32,126 nucleotides of DNA, taken from contig CAZFBC010000005.1 of assembly GCA_964517245.1 (NCBI GenBank), positions 1 through 32,126 of the forward strand, written 5' to 3'. Each line of letters begins with the position of its first letter. Positions within the stretch are counted from its first letter, which is position 1. A program made the position numbers and the translations under genes. Source of the DNA: an uncultured Eubacteriales bacterium (GTDB taxonomy: Bacteria; Acidobacteriota; Aminicenantia; Aminicenantales; Saccharicenantaceae). The notes under the pieces were generated by a model. The model was not told the DNA's origin. It was given only the letters and a program-made list of their open reading frames with translations, and ran no database searches. Positions 9,021-16,243 of the stretch are shown here, in pieces.

Positions 9021-10052
9021 CTAGAGGATGGGCCAGGACTTGGGCAGGAAGACCCGCTCGTAGAGGGCCATGGCGTAGCGGTCGGTCATGCCGGCGATGA
9101 AGTCCCCGGCCCGCACGACGGCGGGGTCGCCGGCGGGATAGGGCTTGACGTAGTCCTCGGGTCTCTCCATGACGTAGGCGAAGAGGTCGCCGATGATCTT
9201 CTCGGTCTTGCGCAGCTCGTCGCGGGCCGCGGAGTTGAAATAGACGTTCTGGTAGAGGAACTCCCGGAGCTCGACCACGGCCTTCATGATCCGGTCGCTC
9301 ATGGCGATCCGCGCCAGGCCGGCCGCCAGGCTGGCCTCGACGACGTCCATGACCATGCGGTCGATGCGCGTCGCGTGCCACTTGCCCAGGACCCTGATCA
9401 GGCCGGCCGGGATGTCCCCCTCGCCGATGATGCCGGCCCTGAGGGCGTCGTCGACGTCGTGGTTGACGTAGGCGATGACGTCGGAGACGCGGACGATCTG
9501 GCCCTCGAGGGTCGAAGGCATGTCCTCGACGTCCTCGTCGAAGATCTCGCCCCGGCCCTTGGAGTGCTTCTGGATTCCGTCGCGGACCTCGAAGGTCAGG
9601 TTGAGCCCCTTGCCCTCGTACTCGAGCTTCTCGACGACGCGCAGGCTCTGGTCGGCGTGGTGGAAGCCGTGCGGCAGGAGCTTGCGGAGCGTCTGCTCGC
9701 CGGCGTGGCCGAAGGGGGTGTGGCCGAGGTCGTGGCCGAGGGCGATGGCCTCGGTCAGGTCCTCGTTGAGGCGGAGAGCCCGGGCGATCGTCCGGGCGAT
9801 CTGGGAGACTTCGAGACAGTGGGTCAGCCGCGTCCGGTAGTGGTCGCCGAAGGGCGACAGGAAGACCTGGGTCTTGTGCTTGAGCCGGCGGAACGACTTC
9901 GAGTGGATGATGCGGTCGCGGTCGCGCTGGAAGTCCGTCCGGATCTGGTGCTGGGCCTCGGGGCGGACCCGGCCCCGCGTGCCCGAGCTGAGGCAGGCCC
10001 TGGGCGAGAGGGTCTTCTGCTCGGTCCTTTCCAGCTCTTCGCGGATGGTCAT
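9021..10052 (-). CDS. dGTP triphosphohydrolase-like HD-domain dNTPase
   Basis: 343 aa. FQRDRDRIIHSKSFRRLKHKTQVF, HCLEVSQIAR and LGHDLGHTPFGHAGE are the Dgt-family HD motifs. SD GGGGAGGA upstream of the ATG at 10052. Confidence 0.88.
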   Translation of the reverse strand: MTIREELERTEQKTLSPRACLSSGTRGRVRPEAQHQIRTDFQRDRDRIIHSKSFRRLKHKTQVFLSPFGDHYRTRLTHCLEVSQIARTIARALRLNEDLTEAIALGHDLGHTPFGHAGEQTLRKLLPHGFHHADQSLRVVEKLEYEGKGLNLTFEVRDGIQKHSKGRGEIFDEDVEDMPSTLEGQIVRVSDVIAYVNHDVDDALRAGIIGEGDIPAGLIRVLGKWHATRIDRMVMDVVEASLAAGLARIAMSDRIMKAVVELREFLYQNVYFNSAARDELRKTEKIIGDLFAYVMERPEDYVKPYPAGDPAVVRAGDFIAGMTDRYAMALYERVFLPKSWPIL

Positions 10053-10119
10053 GGAGGTCCTCCCCGGTCGCGTCGATTATAGCAAAAAGCGCCGCGCGGC
10101 CGCCAGCGGCCCCGCGTTG

Positions 10120-10128
10120 TGATACAAT
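10120..10128 (+). promoter_or_regulatory. Extended -10 element TGATACAAT upstream of yggS
   Basis: It ends 13 nt before the ATG at 10142. No SD lies between them, which implies a very short leader. Confidence 0.3.
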
Positions 10129-10141
10129 TCCGGCGAATCCC

Positions 10142-10801
10142 ATGTCGCTCATAACCGCCAACGTCAGGGCCATCCTGGCCGCCCTCCCGCCCGGGGTCGA
10201 GCTCGTCGCCGCCGCGAAGACGCGGACGGCCGCGGAGGTCCTCGAGGCCGTCGAGGCCGGGGTCGGGATCGTCGGCGAGAACTACGTCCAGGAGGCGGCG
10301 GCGGTCTTCCCCGCGGTCGGGCGGCGGGCCCGCTGGCACTTCATCGGGCACCTCCAGACGAACAAGGCCCGGAAGGCGGTCGGGATCTTCGACCTCGTCG
10401 AGACGGTGGATTCGCCCGCCCTCGGCCGCGAGCTCGACAAGCGCGCCGCCGCGGCCGGTCGGACGATGGACGTCCTGGTCGAGGTCAACAGCGGCCGCGA
10501 GCCCGCCAAGGCCGGCGTCAGGCCGGAGGAGGCCGAGGCGCTCGTCCGCTCGCTCGCGGCCCTGCCCCGCCTCCGCGTCCTCGGCCTCATGACCATGGGC
10601 CCGTTCGAGGGCGATCCCGAGGGATCCCGGCCCTCCTTTCGCGAGACGCGCCGGATCTGGGAGGCGCTGAAGCGCGCGGCCGTCCCCGGCGTCGAGATGC
10701 GCCACCTGTCCATGGGCATGAGCCATTCCTGGAGGGTGGCCGTCGAAGAAGGGGCGACGCTCGTCCGCATCGGCACGGCCATCTTCGGCCCCCGGGCCTG
10801 A
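10142..10801 (+). CDS. yggS: YggS/PLPBP family pyridoxal-phosphate homeostasis protein
   Basis: 219 aa. AAAKTRT (PLP lysine region), WHFIGHLQTNKARK, LSMGMSHS and VRIGTAIFG are the family motifs. Confidence 0.9.
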   Translation: MSLITANVRAILAALPPGVELVAAAKTRTAAEVLEAVEAGVGIVGENYVQEAAAVFPAVGRRARWHFIGHLQTNKARKAVGIFDLVETVDSPALGRELDKRAAAAGRTMDVLVEVNSGREPAKAGVRPEEAEALVRSLAALPRLRVLGLMTMGPFEGDPEGSRPSFRETRRIWEALKRAAVPGVEMRHLSMGMSHSWRVAVEEGATLVRIGTAIFGPRA

Positions 10802-10812
10802 GTCCGGCGGGC

Positions 10813-11283
10813 CTAGAGGCCGAGGGCGCCGATGTACGATTCGAGCTTCCCGAGGTGCGAGCGGGTCTCGCCCTCGATCCGGTCCCGGACCGCCCGGAAC
10901 TCCGCGTCGTCGCACGCGACGATGTCGAAATACTTCCGCTCGATGAGCGTCCTCTCGAGGTCCCTGGCGATGAACAGGGCGGCCGTCCGGAAGAGGCCGC
11001 CTTTCCGCAGCCGGCCGATCTGGTCCTCGACGCCCTTCCGGTAGGTGGCCAGGGCGGCCGGGTTGGACTTGGCCTGCTCCACCCGGCCCCCGCACCTCCC
11101 GACCGTGTCCTTCAGCTCGGACAGCGCCGCGGCGTGTCCCTCCTCCTCCCGCACGAGATCTTCCCACAGCGCCCGGTCCTCCGGGAAGGCCCCGGCGAAG
11201 CCCCGGTAGAGCTCGGCGACGAGGAGCTCGAGCCCTCTCATCGAGTCCAGGACCTCGACGGCCCTCGCGGCCTCGTCCGTCAT
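10813..11283 (-). CDS. Ferritin-like / rubrerythrin-like putative di-iron four-helix-bundle protein
   Basis: 156 aa from the internal ATG at 11283, which overlaps the rmuC stop as ATGA. Candidate metal ligands follow the E ... ExxH ... E ... ExxH pattern (LVAELY, REEEGH, DLERTLIE, EGETRSH). The rest of the 408-aa track ORF is shadow sequence. Confidence 0.65.
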   Translation of the reverse strand: MTDEAARAVEVLDSMRGLELLVAELYRGFAGAFPEDRALWEDLVREEEGHAAALSELKDTVGRCGGRVEQAKSNPAALATYRKGVEDQIGRLRKGGLFRTAALFIARDLERTLIERKYFDIVACDDAEFRAVRDRIEGETRSHLGKLESYIGALGL

Positions 11284-12536
11284 GCCTCCTCCCCTTCCCC
11301 GTCGGCCCCGGCCTTTCCGCCTTCGACATCGATCGCCGCGATGTCGGCCTCGCCGAGGGCGATCTCGTGCTCGATGCCCTTCTGGCGCCGCATCTCCTCG
11401 ATCTCGTAGAGGGGCTTCTCGAGCTTGTTGCGACGGGTCGTGACCATTCTCTGGAACTCGGCCTTTGCCTCGTCGAGCTTCTTGCCCGCCTTGTCCATGG
11501 TGTCCCCGAACTTCTCCCACTCCTTGTAAAAACGGCCGAGGTGGCGCAGCATCTCGCCCGCCGTCTGCTCCATGCTGAAGTTGTCCATGGCCTGGCGGAT
11601 GACGGCCAGGATGGCGAAGAGGGTGAACGGCGAGCAGAGGATGACCTTGGCCCGCAGCGCGTCGTCGAGGAGGCCGGGGTCGCTCTGGTTGATGAAGGCG
11701 TAGACCTGCTCGTTGGGGATGAAGACGATGACGTAGTCGAGCGTCTCGCCCTCGGGGTCGATGTAGTCGCGCCCGGTGACCTCCCTGATGCGCGTCCGGA
11801 CGTCCCTCAGGAATTGGGTCTTGTGGGCCTCCCGGGCCATGTCGCTGTCGGCCTCGAGATAGCGGAGGTAGCCGTTGAGGGGGAACTTGACGTCCATGTT
11901 GACCTTCCGGCCCCGCGGGAGCTGGAAGGTGAAGTCGGGCCGGGAGGCGGCCCCCTCGAGGGCCTTCTGCTTGAGGTAGTTGACGCCCTCGACGAAGCCG
12001 GCCAGCCGGAGGACGTCCTCGGCCATCCGCTCCCCCCACTGGCCGCGGGCCTTGGTGCTGACCAGAGCTTCCCGAAGGTGGTCGGCCGTCTCCTGGAGCC
12101 GCGTCGTCCGCTCGGCGGCCCGCCTCAGCTCGGCGTCGAGCTCGCCGTACTGGCGGGCCCGGTCCCGCTCGAAGCCGGCCACGAGGTCCTGCATCTTCTG
12201 GATGTCGGCCTTCATCGTGGCCAGGTTCTGGTCGATGAGCTGCTTCTTGCCCTCGAGGTCCTTCTCGCCGAGCTGGACCTTGCCGTCCAGTTGTTCCTTG
12301 GCCAGCTTGACGAGCTCGCCCGTGTTGGCCTTGAGGGCCTCGTGCGAGAGCGCGCCCATGGCGTCTTTGAACCGGTCGAGCAGGACCTGGTGGTCCCTGA
12401 TCTTGTCCCTTTCGGCCGCGCCGACGAGCTCCTCGGCGAGGTCGCGCGAGGCCCTGGCGCTCAGCCGGCCAATGACGAACACGGCGATGGCCCCGAACAG
12501 GGCCCCGACGATGAATGCTCCGAGCTCGCTGCTCAT
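11280..12536 (-). CDS. rmuC: DNA recombination protein RmuC
   Basis: 418 aa. N-terminal TM helix, long coiled-coil region, and C-terminal RmuC nuclease-like core (PDFTFQLPRGRKVNMDVKFPL, DYVIVFIPNEQVY, VILCSPFTLFAIL). Confidence 0.88.
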   Translation of the reverse strand: MSSELGAFIVGALFGAIAVFVIGRLSARASRDLAEELVGAAERDKIRDHQVLLDRFKDAMGALSHEALKANTGELVKLAKEQLDGKVQLGEKDLEGKKQLIDQNLATMKADIQKMQDLVAGFERDRARQYGELDAELRRAAERTTRLQETADHLREALVSTKARGQWGERMAEDVLRLAGFVEGVNYLKQKALEGAASRPDFTFQLPRGRKVNMDVKFPLNGYLRYLEADSDMAREAHKTQFLRDVRTRIREVTGRDYIDPEGETLDYVIVFIPNEQVYAFINQSDPGLLDDALRAKVILCSPFTLFAILAVIRQAMDNFSMEQTAGEMLRHLGRFYKEWEKFGDTMDKAGKKLDEAKAEFQRMVTTRRNKLEKPLYEIEEMRRQKGIEHEIALGEADIAAIDVEGGKAGADGEGEEA

Positions 12537-12576
12537 GTGATCCTCCGCGGCCCGGACCGTCGCGCGGCCGGGCGGC

Positions 12577-12933
12577 CTAAAGGTCCTCCCCGTCTTCCCC
12601 GGCCGGGCCGTCGCCTCCGGCCTCTTCCATGGCCCTGTCGACCTCTTCGTCGAAGTCCTCGCCGGCCTCCTCCCCCATCTCCCGGCCCATCTTCTTCATC
12701 CAGCGGGCGACGCTCTTCGGGTCGCTCTCGTCGAGCCCGGCGAGCGAGGACGGGTCGGCCAGGCTGTCGAGCCGGCTCTCCTCCGACCGCTTCACCGCGA
12801 CGCGGGAGACCAGCTTGGCCATGTTCCGGCCGCCGCAGCGGCGGCAGACCGGGTCGACCGGGGCGCCCACGGCGAGCGTGACGACCGTCGTCTTCTCGCG
12901 GCAGTCGGCGCAGCGGTACTCGTAGATGGGCAT
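12577..12933 (-). CDS. FmdB-family zinc-ribbon protein with acidic C-terminal tail
   Basis: 118 aa. N-terminal MPIYEYRCADC ... CRRCGG (CxxC-CxxC zinc ribbon). The ATG directly abuts the TAG of the upstream gene (CTAGATG on the minus strand). Confidence 0.8.
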   Translation of the reverse strand: MPIYEYRCADCREKTTVVTLAVGAPVDPVCRRCGGRNMAKLVSRVAVKRSEESRLDSLADPSSLAGLDESDPKSVARWMKKMGREMGEEAGEDFDEEVDRAMEEAGGDGPAGEDGEDL

Positions 12934-13827
12934 CTAGACCAGGGCCCCCTCGTCCCAGCCGAGCCTGACGAGGTCGATCCTCGCCGGGTCGCTCACGCCC
13001 AGGTGGTGCCGGGTGTCGGCCAGCTGGATGTGGTGCGCCGTCATCTGCAGGGGCCGGTCGTCGCCGAAGTGCTCCCGCCGCTTGGCCTGGATGATGCGCA
13101 GCCCGGTCACGTCGGCGGCGACGGGGTCGCGGCTGACGACAAGGCCCTTGTATTCCCAGGTGTAGTCCTTGGCGTAGTGGTGCGGGCCGACGCCGTGGAA
13201 GAGCGGGGTGAACATGACCAGGACGTTGAGCCGGGTCTTGCCCTCGACCGCCGGCAGGTGCCAGATCGCGCCCAGGTCGGCGCACGTGTCGCCGTGCCAG
13301 GCCGAGGGCTGGGGCGTGAACATGATGTAGTTCTTGATCAGGCTGCCGACGCCCGACCAGTGGTGGCTCCGCATGGGCCGGGCGTTGACGAGGGCCGTGG
13401 CCCTGGTGAAGACGGGGTTGCGGAGGACGCCCCGGTCGTCGATCGCGACCCTGTCCTCGGCGACGCCGGCGTCCATGACCCGCCGCTTGAGGGCCTGTTC
13501 GACCTCGGCCGTGGTCGGGATGTAGCGCCAGGCGTTGGTCTTGATGCCGACGACGTCGTCGGCCCGGATGAGGGACTTCCAGGCCTTGACGACGTCCGTC
13601 TCCCCGAGAAGGGCCCGGACCGCGTCGTCGAGCATCCGCTGGACGACCTCGGCGGGCGGCGCGCCTCCCGGCCCGAGCGGGGCCGGGTCGCGGACGAGCA
13701 CGACCCGGGCCCGTTCCGGCCCGGGGGGGGTCGTCCCCCGGAGACCGGGGACGAAGGCCCCCGCGATCGGCGCCGCCGAGGCGACCTTGAGGAAATCCCT
13801 GCGGGTGATCGGTCTTCCGGTGTTCAT
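12934..13827 (-). CDS. Tat-exported DUF362-like protein
   Basis: 297 aa. Twin-arginine signal ITRRDFLKVASAAPIAGAF. The body resembles DUF362 proteins from memory (VGIKTN, ALVNARPMRSH, SRDPVAADV). SD AAGGAGG upstream. 12-nt gap to the upstream gene. Confidence 0.7.
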   Translation of the reverse strand: MNTGRPITRRDFLKVASAAPIAGAFVPGLRGTTPPGPERARVVLVRDPAPLGPGGAPPAEVVQRMLDDAVRALLGETDVVKAWKSLIRADDVVGIKTNAWRYIPTTAEVEQALKRRVMDAGVAEDRVAIDDRGVLRNPVFTRATALVNARPMRSHHWSGVGSLIKNYIMFTPQPSAWHGDTCADLGAIWHLPAVEGKTRLNVLVMFTPLFHGVGPHHYAKDYTWEYKGLVVSRDPVAADVTGLRIIQAKRREHFGDDRPLQMTAHHIQLADTRHHLGVSDPARIDLVRLGWDEGALV

Positions 13828-13839
13828 GAGGCTCCTCCT

Positions 13840-14778
13840 TTAGTCGGACGACCGCGCCTCCGGGCCGCCCCGGCGGTCGCGGACGAGGGCCGAGACGGCT
13901 TCCAGGCGGGCCTCGGCCTCCTTCTCCGTCGCCGCGTCGAAGACGACGGCGAGGTGACGGCCGTCGACCCGGAAGGCCGTCCAGCGGCCGTTCTCCGTTT
14001 CCACGGCCGTCCGGCCCGCCGCCTCGGGCATGTAGGCCCCGGCGAACGAGGCGGCCGCGCCGGCCGCCGCCGCTTCGCCGGGATAGGCGACGACGAGAAG
14101 GCGGCTCCGCCCGTCCGCGCCGCCGTATTCGGCCAGCGCGGCGTCGGTCCCCGCGTCGAGCCGCAGGACGTTCGCGGCGGCGACGAAGAAGTGGTAGTTG
14201 AGCACGGCGTGGGAGTGGAAGAAGCGCGCCCGCCGCGGGCCCGCGCCGTCGGCGGGCAGGAGCCGCAGGAGGTCCGGCGGCTTCCCCTCGCCCGGGATGG
14301 CCGCGGCGATCGCCCGCCCGAGCTGGAGGACGAGGCCCCGGGTCTCGGCCGTCTCCTCCTCGGCATAGACGGACAGGAAATAGCGGTCCTTCCAGAAGGA
14401 CAGGAGCCCGGCTTTGTACCGCGAGCCCTGGCCGATCCCGGCGTCCTCGCCGTCGAGGTCGTGGGTGAAGACGCCGAAGGCGTCCCCGGACGAGCCCATG
14501 TCGAAGGCGTCGACGACGATGTCGGGCCGGCCGTCCTTGTGGAAGCGGCGGGCCACGAGGATTTCCATGTTGTAGGACCGGTACACCTCGCCCGCGCCGT
14601 CGATGTAGTCGAAGACCGTCGCGGCGTCGAAGACCTGGTCGGCCTCGGAGAGCCAGGGGCCGGCCGTCACGGGGATGTACGAGGCCAGGCGGCGGGCGGC
14701 GGGGACCTCGGGGGCGGTCATGCGGGCGGGACCTCCTATGCAGGCCAGGACGGCGGCGCAGGCGATGACGATCTTCAT
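13840..14778 (-). CDS. Secreted (signal peptide or lipoprotein-like) protein of unknown function
   Basis: 312 aa from the internal ATG at 14778 (MKIVIACAAVLACIGG...). Protein-like composition, unlike the 475-codon upstream extension, which is antisense to the cytochrome gene. I recognise no family motif. Confidence 0.6.
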   Translation of the reverse strand: MKIVIACAAVLACIGGPARMTAPEVPAARRLASYIPVTAGPWLSEADQVFDAATVFDYIDGAGEVYRSYNMEILVARRFHKDGRPDIVVDAFDMGSSGDAFGVFTHDLDGEDAGIGQGSRYKAGLLSFWKDRYFLSVYAEEETAETRGLVLQLGRAIAAAIPGEGKPPDLLRLLPADGAGPRRARFFHSHAVLNYHFFVAAANVLRLDAGTDAALAEYGGADGRSRLLVVAYPGEAAAAGAAASFAGAYMPEAAGRTAVETENGRWTAFRVDGRHLAVVFDAATEKEAEARLEAVSALVRDRRGGPEARSSD

Positions 14779-14786
14779 CCGTCCCG

Positions 14787-14815
14787 ATTGTAGCACGCTC
14801 CCCCGGGGCAGACAA
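14787..14815 (-). promoter_or_regulatory. Candidate promoter for the secreted-protein/DUF362 operon: TTGTCT - 17 nt - (TGc)TACAAT
   Basis: Minus-strand reading. The extended -10 TGCTACAAT ends 8 nt before the ATG at 14778, and there is no SD. This suggests a leaderless or near-leaderless transcript. Confidence 0.4.
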
Positions 14816-14841
14816 GGAAACGAAGCGGCGGGCGACGGCGT

Positions 14842-14870
14842 TTGCAAAATACGGGATTTCCGTGAATAAT
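14842..14870 (+). promoter_or_regulatory. Candidate promoter for the octaheme cytochrome gene: TTGCAA - 17 nt - AATAAT
   Basis: It lies in the only AT-rich stretch of the 111-bp divergent spacer. The -10 ends 19 nt before the ATG at 14890. Confidence 0.4.
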
Positions 14871-14889
14871 AGTGCGGAAGGAGAGTCGC

Positions 14890-16227
14890 ATGCCCGATCG
14901 CCGCCAAGCCGCCGTCCTCGTCCTGGCCCTCGCCGCCCTCCTCGGGTCCTGCTCGACGGCCGACGACGCCGGCGAGGTCACGCCGGTCGACATCCCCGCG
15001 GCCTCGACGGCCTACGTCGTCCTGGCCTGGAACGACCTCGGCATGCACGACCTCAACGCGACCTACGGCCAGGACGTCTACGCCCCCCCCTACAACACCC
15101 TCCAGGCCCAGGTCGTCAAGAGGGGCGACCCGCCCGAGATCGTGACGGACGGGGTCACCGTGGAGTACCGCATCGTCGACAACACCTATTCCTACGGCAA
15201 GGCGACGCTCGATCCGGTCCGCAGCTACTCCGGGTTCTGGGACGCCTCTTTCGACCTGTTCGGCGTCGCCCTGGCCCCGGACACCGGCCTCAATTTCGTC
15301 GACCCGGGCGTCCACAACGGCCTGGCCGGGGCCATGCTCGCCAAGGGCGGCTATTTCGAGGCCACCGGCGTCCCGGTCGTCCCCGTCGACGACGCCGGGA
15401 CCTGGGACCCCTACCAGGTCGCCGAGATCGTCGTCCGCGACGCGGCGACGGGAGAGGAGCTGGCCCGGACCCGGACGACCGTCCCGGTGTCCGACGAGAT
15501 CAACTGCGCCAAGTGCCACGGCCAGGTGATCGACGACGTGGAGGTCGGGTCCGTCCTGGCCGAGCACGACGAGAAGGAGGCGACGACGTTCGTCGCCGAC
15601 GGCCTGCCCGTCCTCTGCGCCGACTGTCACGGCAGCCCCGCCCTCGGACAGACCGGGCCGGGGACGTCGGAGCTGTACCTCTCCTACGCCATCCACGCCT
15701 TCCACTACACGACCGAGGCGACCTGCTACGACTGCCATCCCGGAGCGACGACGCTCTTCCACCGCAGCTCGGCCCACTCGGACGCCGACGGCAACTGCAG
15801 CAACTGCCACGGCGCGATCTCCGAGGTCGCTTCGACGATCTACAACGGCCGGGTGCCCTGGGAGACCGAGCCCAAGTGCTCGGACTGCCACACCTTCGTC
15901 GCCGAGGTCGACACGGGGACGACCCTCTACGGCAACGCCCTCGGGCACGGCGGCCTCTCCTGCGTCGCCTGCCACGGCAGCCCCCACGCCCAGATCCCCT
16001 CGGACAACGAGAAGGACCACTACCAGGCCGTGCAGGTCCAGGCCAAGGCCCTGTCGATCGGCAGCTGCCGGGTCTGCCACGCCACCTCCAAGGGGGGAGG
16101 GTTGATCGGGATCGTGGACGCCCACGGCGGCACCCGGCAGACGTCGTGCAACGTCTGCCACACGGCGGGGATCACGACGACCAACCCCTACGAATTCCCC
16201 CACCGGTTCCAGCAGAGAAGGCGCTGA
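14890..16227 (+). CDS. Octaheme c-type cytochrome lipoprotein
   Basis: 445 aa from the ATG at 14890, with SD GGAAGGAGAG 5 nt upstream. The GTG at 14872 in the track is less likely. Lipobox LLGSC (Cys21). Eight CXXCH motifs at residues 206, 243, 279, 303, 330, 358, 393 and 420 (CAKCH, CADCH, CYDCH, CSNCH, CSDCH, CVACH, CRVCH, CNVCH). Confidence 0.88.
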   Translation: MPDRRQAAVLVLALAALLGSCSTADDAGEVTPVDIPAASTAYVVLAWNDLGMHDLNATYGQDVYAPPYNTLQAQVVKRGDPPEIVTDGVTVEYRIVDNTYSYGKATLDPVRSYSGFWDASFDLFGVALAPDTGLNFVDPGVHNGLAGAMLAKGGYFEATGVPVVPVDDAGTWDPYQVAEIVVRDAATGEELARTRTTVPVSDEINCAKCHGQVIDDVEVGSVLAEHDEKEATTFVADGLPVLCADCHGSPALGQTGPGTSELYLSYAIHAFHYTTEATCYDCHPGATTLFHRSSAHSDADGNCSNCHGAISEVASTIYNGRVPWETEPKCSDCHTFVAEVDTGTTLYGNALGHGGLSCVACHGSPHAQIPSDNEKDHYQAVQVQAKALSIGSCRVCHATSKGGGLIGIVDAHGGTRQTSCNVCHTAGITTTNPYEFPHRFQQRRR

Positions 16228-16243
16228 CCGCTCCTCCCCGGGC

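Noticed and set aside
9021-10052. dGTPase as a possible anti-phage dNTP-depletion defence gene.
   Set aside because: It sits among housekeeping genes (tkt, yggS), with no neighbouring defence or mobile genes. Its size and motifs fit the ordinary Dgt-like dNTPase. Nothing in the sequence supports a defence-island context.
8929-10173. N-terminal 415 codons of the 1024-aa track ORF fused to transketolase.
   Set aside because: This region overlaps the well-supported dGTPase-like gene in another frame and translates to Arg/Pro-rich junk. The internal ATG at 8928 has an SD and starts the conserved TK N-terminus. The same logic trimmed 10813..12039, 13840..16203, 16244..19168 and 21375..22901.
11280-12536. 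RmuC as a nuclease component of a defence system.
   Set aside because: It has the full canonical RmuC architecture (TM helix, coiled coil, C-terminal core). No partner ATPase, methylase or sensor gene is present. I kept only the unusual coupling to the ferritin-like gene as a finding.
14872-14889. GTG at 14872 as the cytochrome start, as given in the ORF track.
   Set aside because: The sequence between 14872 and 14889 is itself the SD (GGAAGGAGAG) for the ATG at 14890. The signal peptide begins after that Met.
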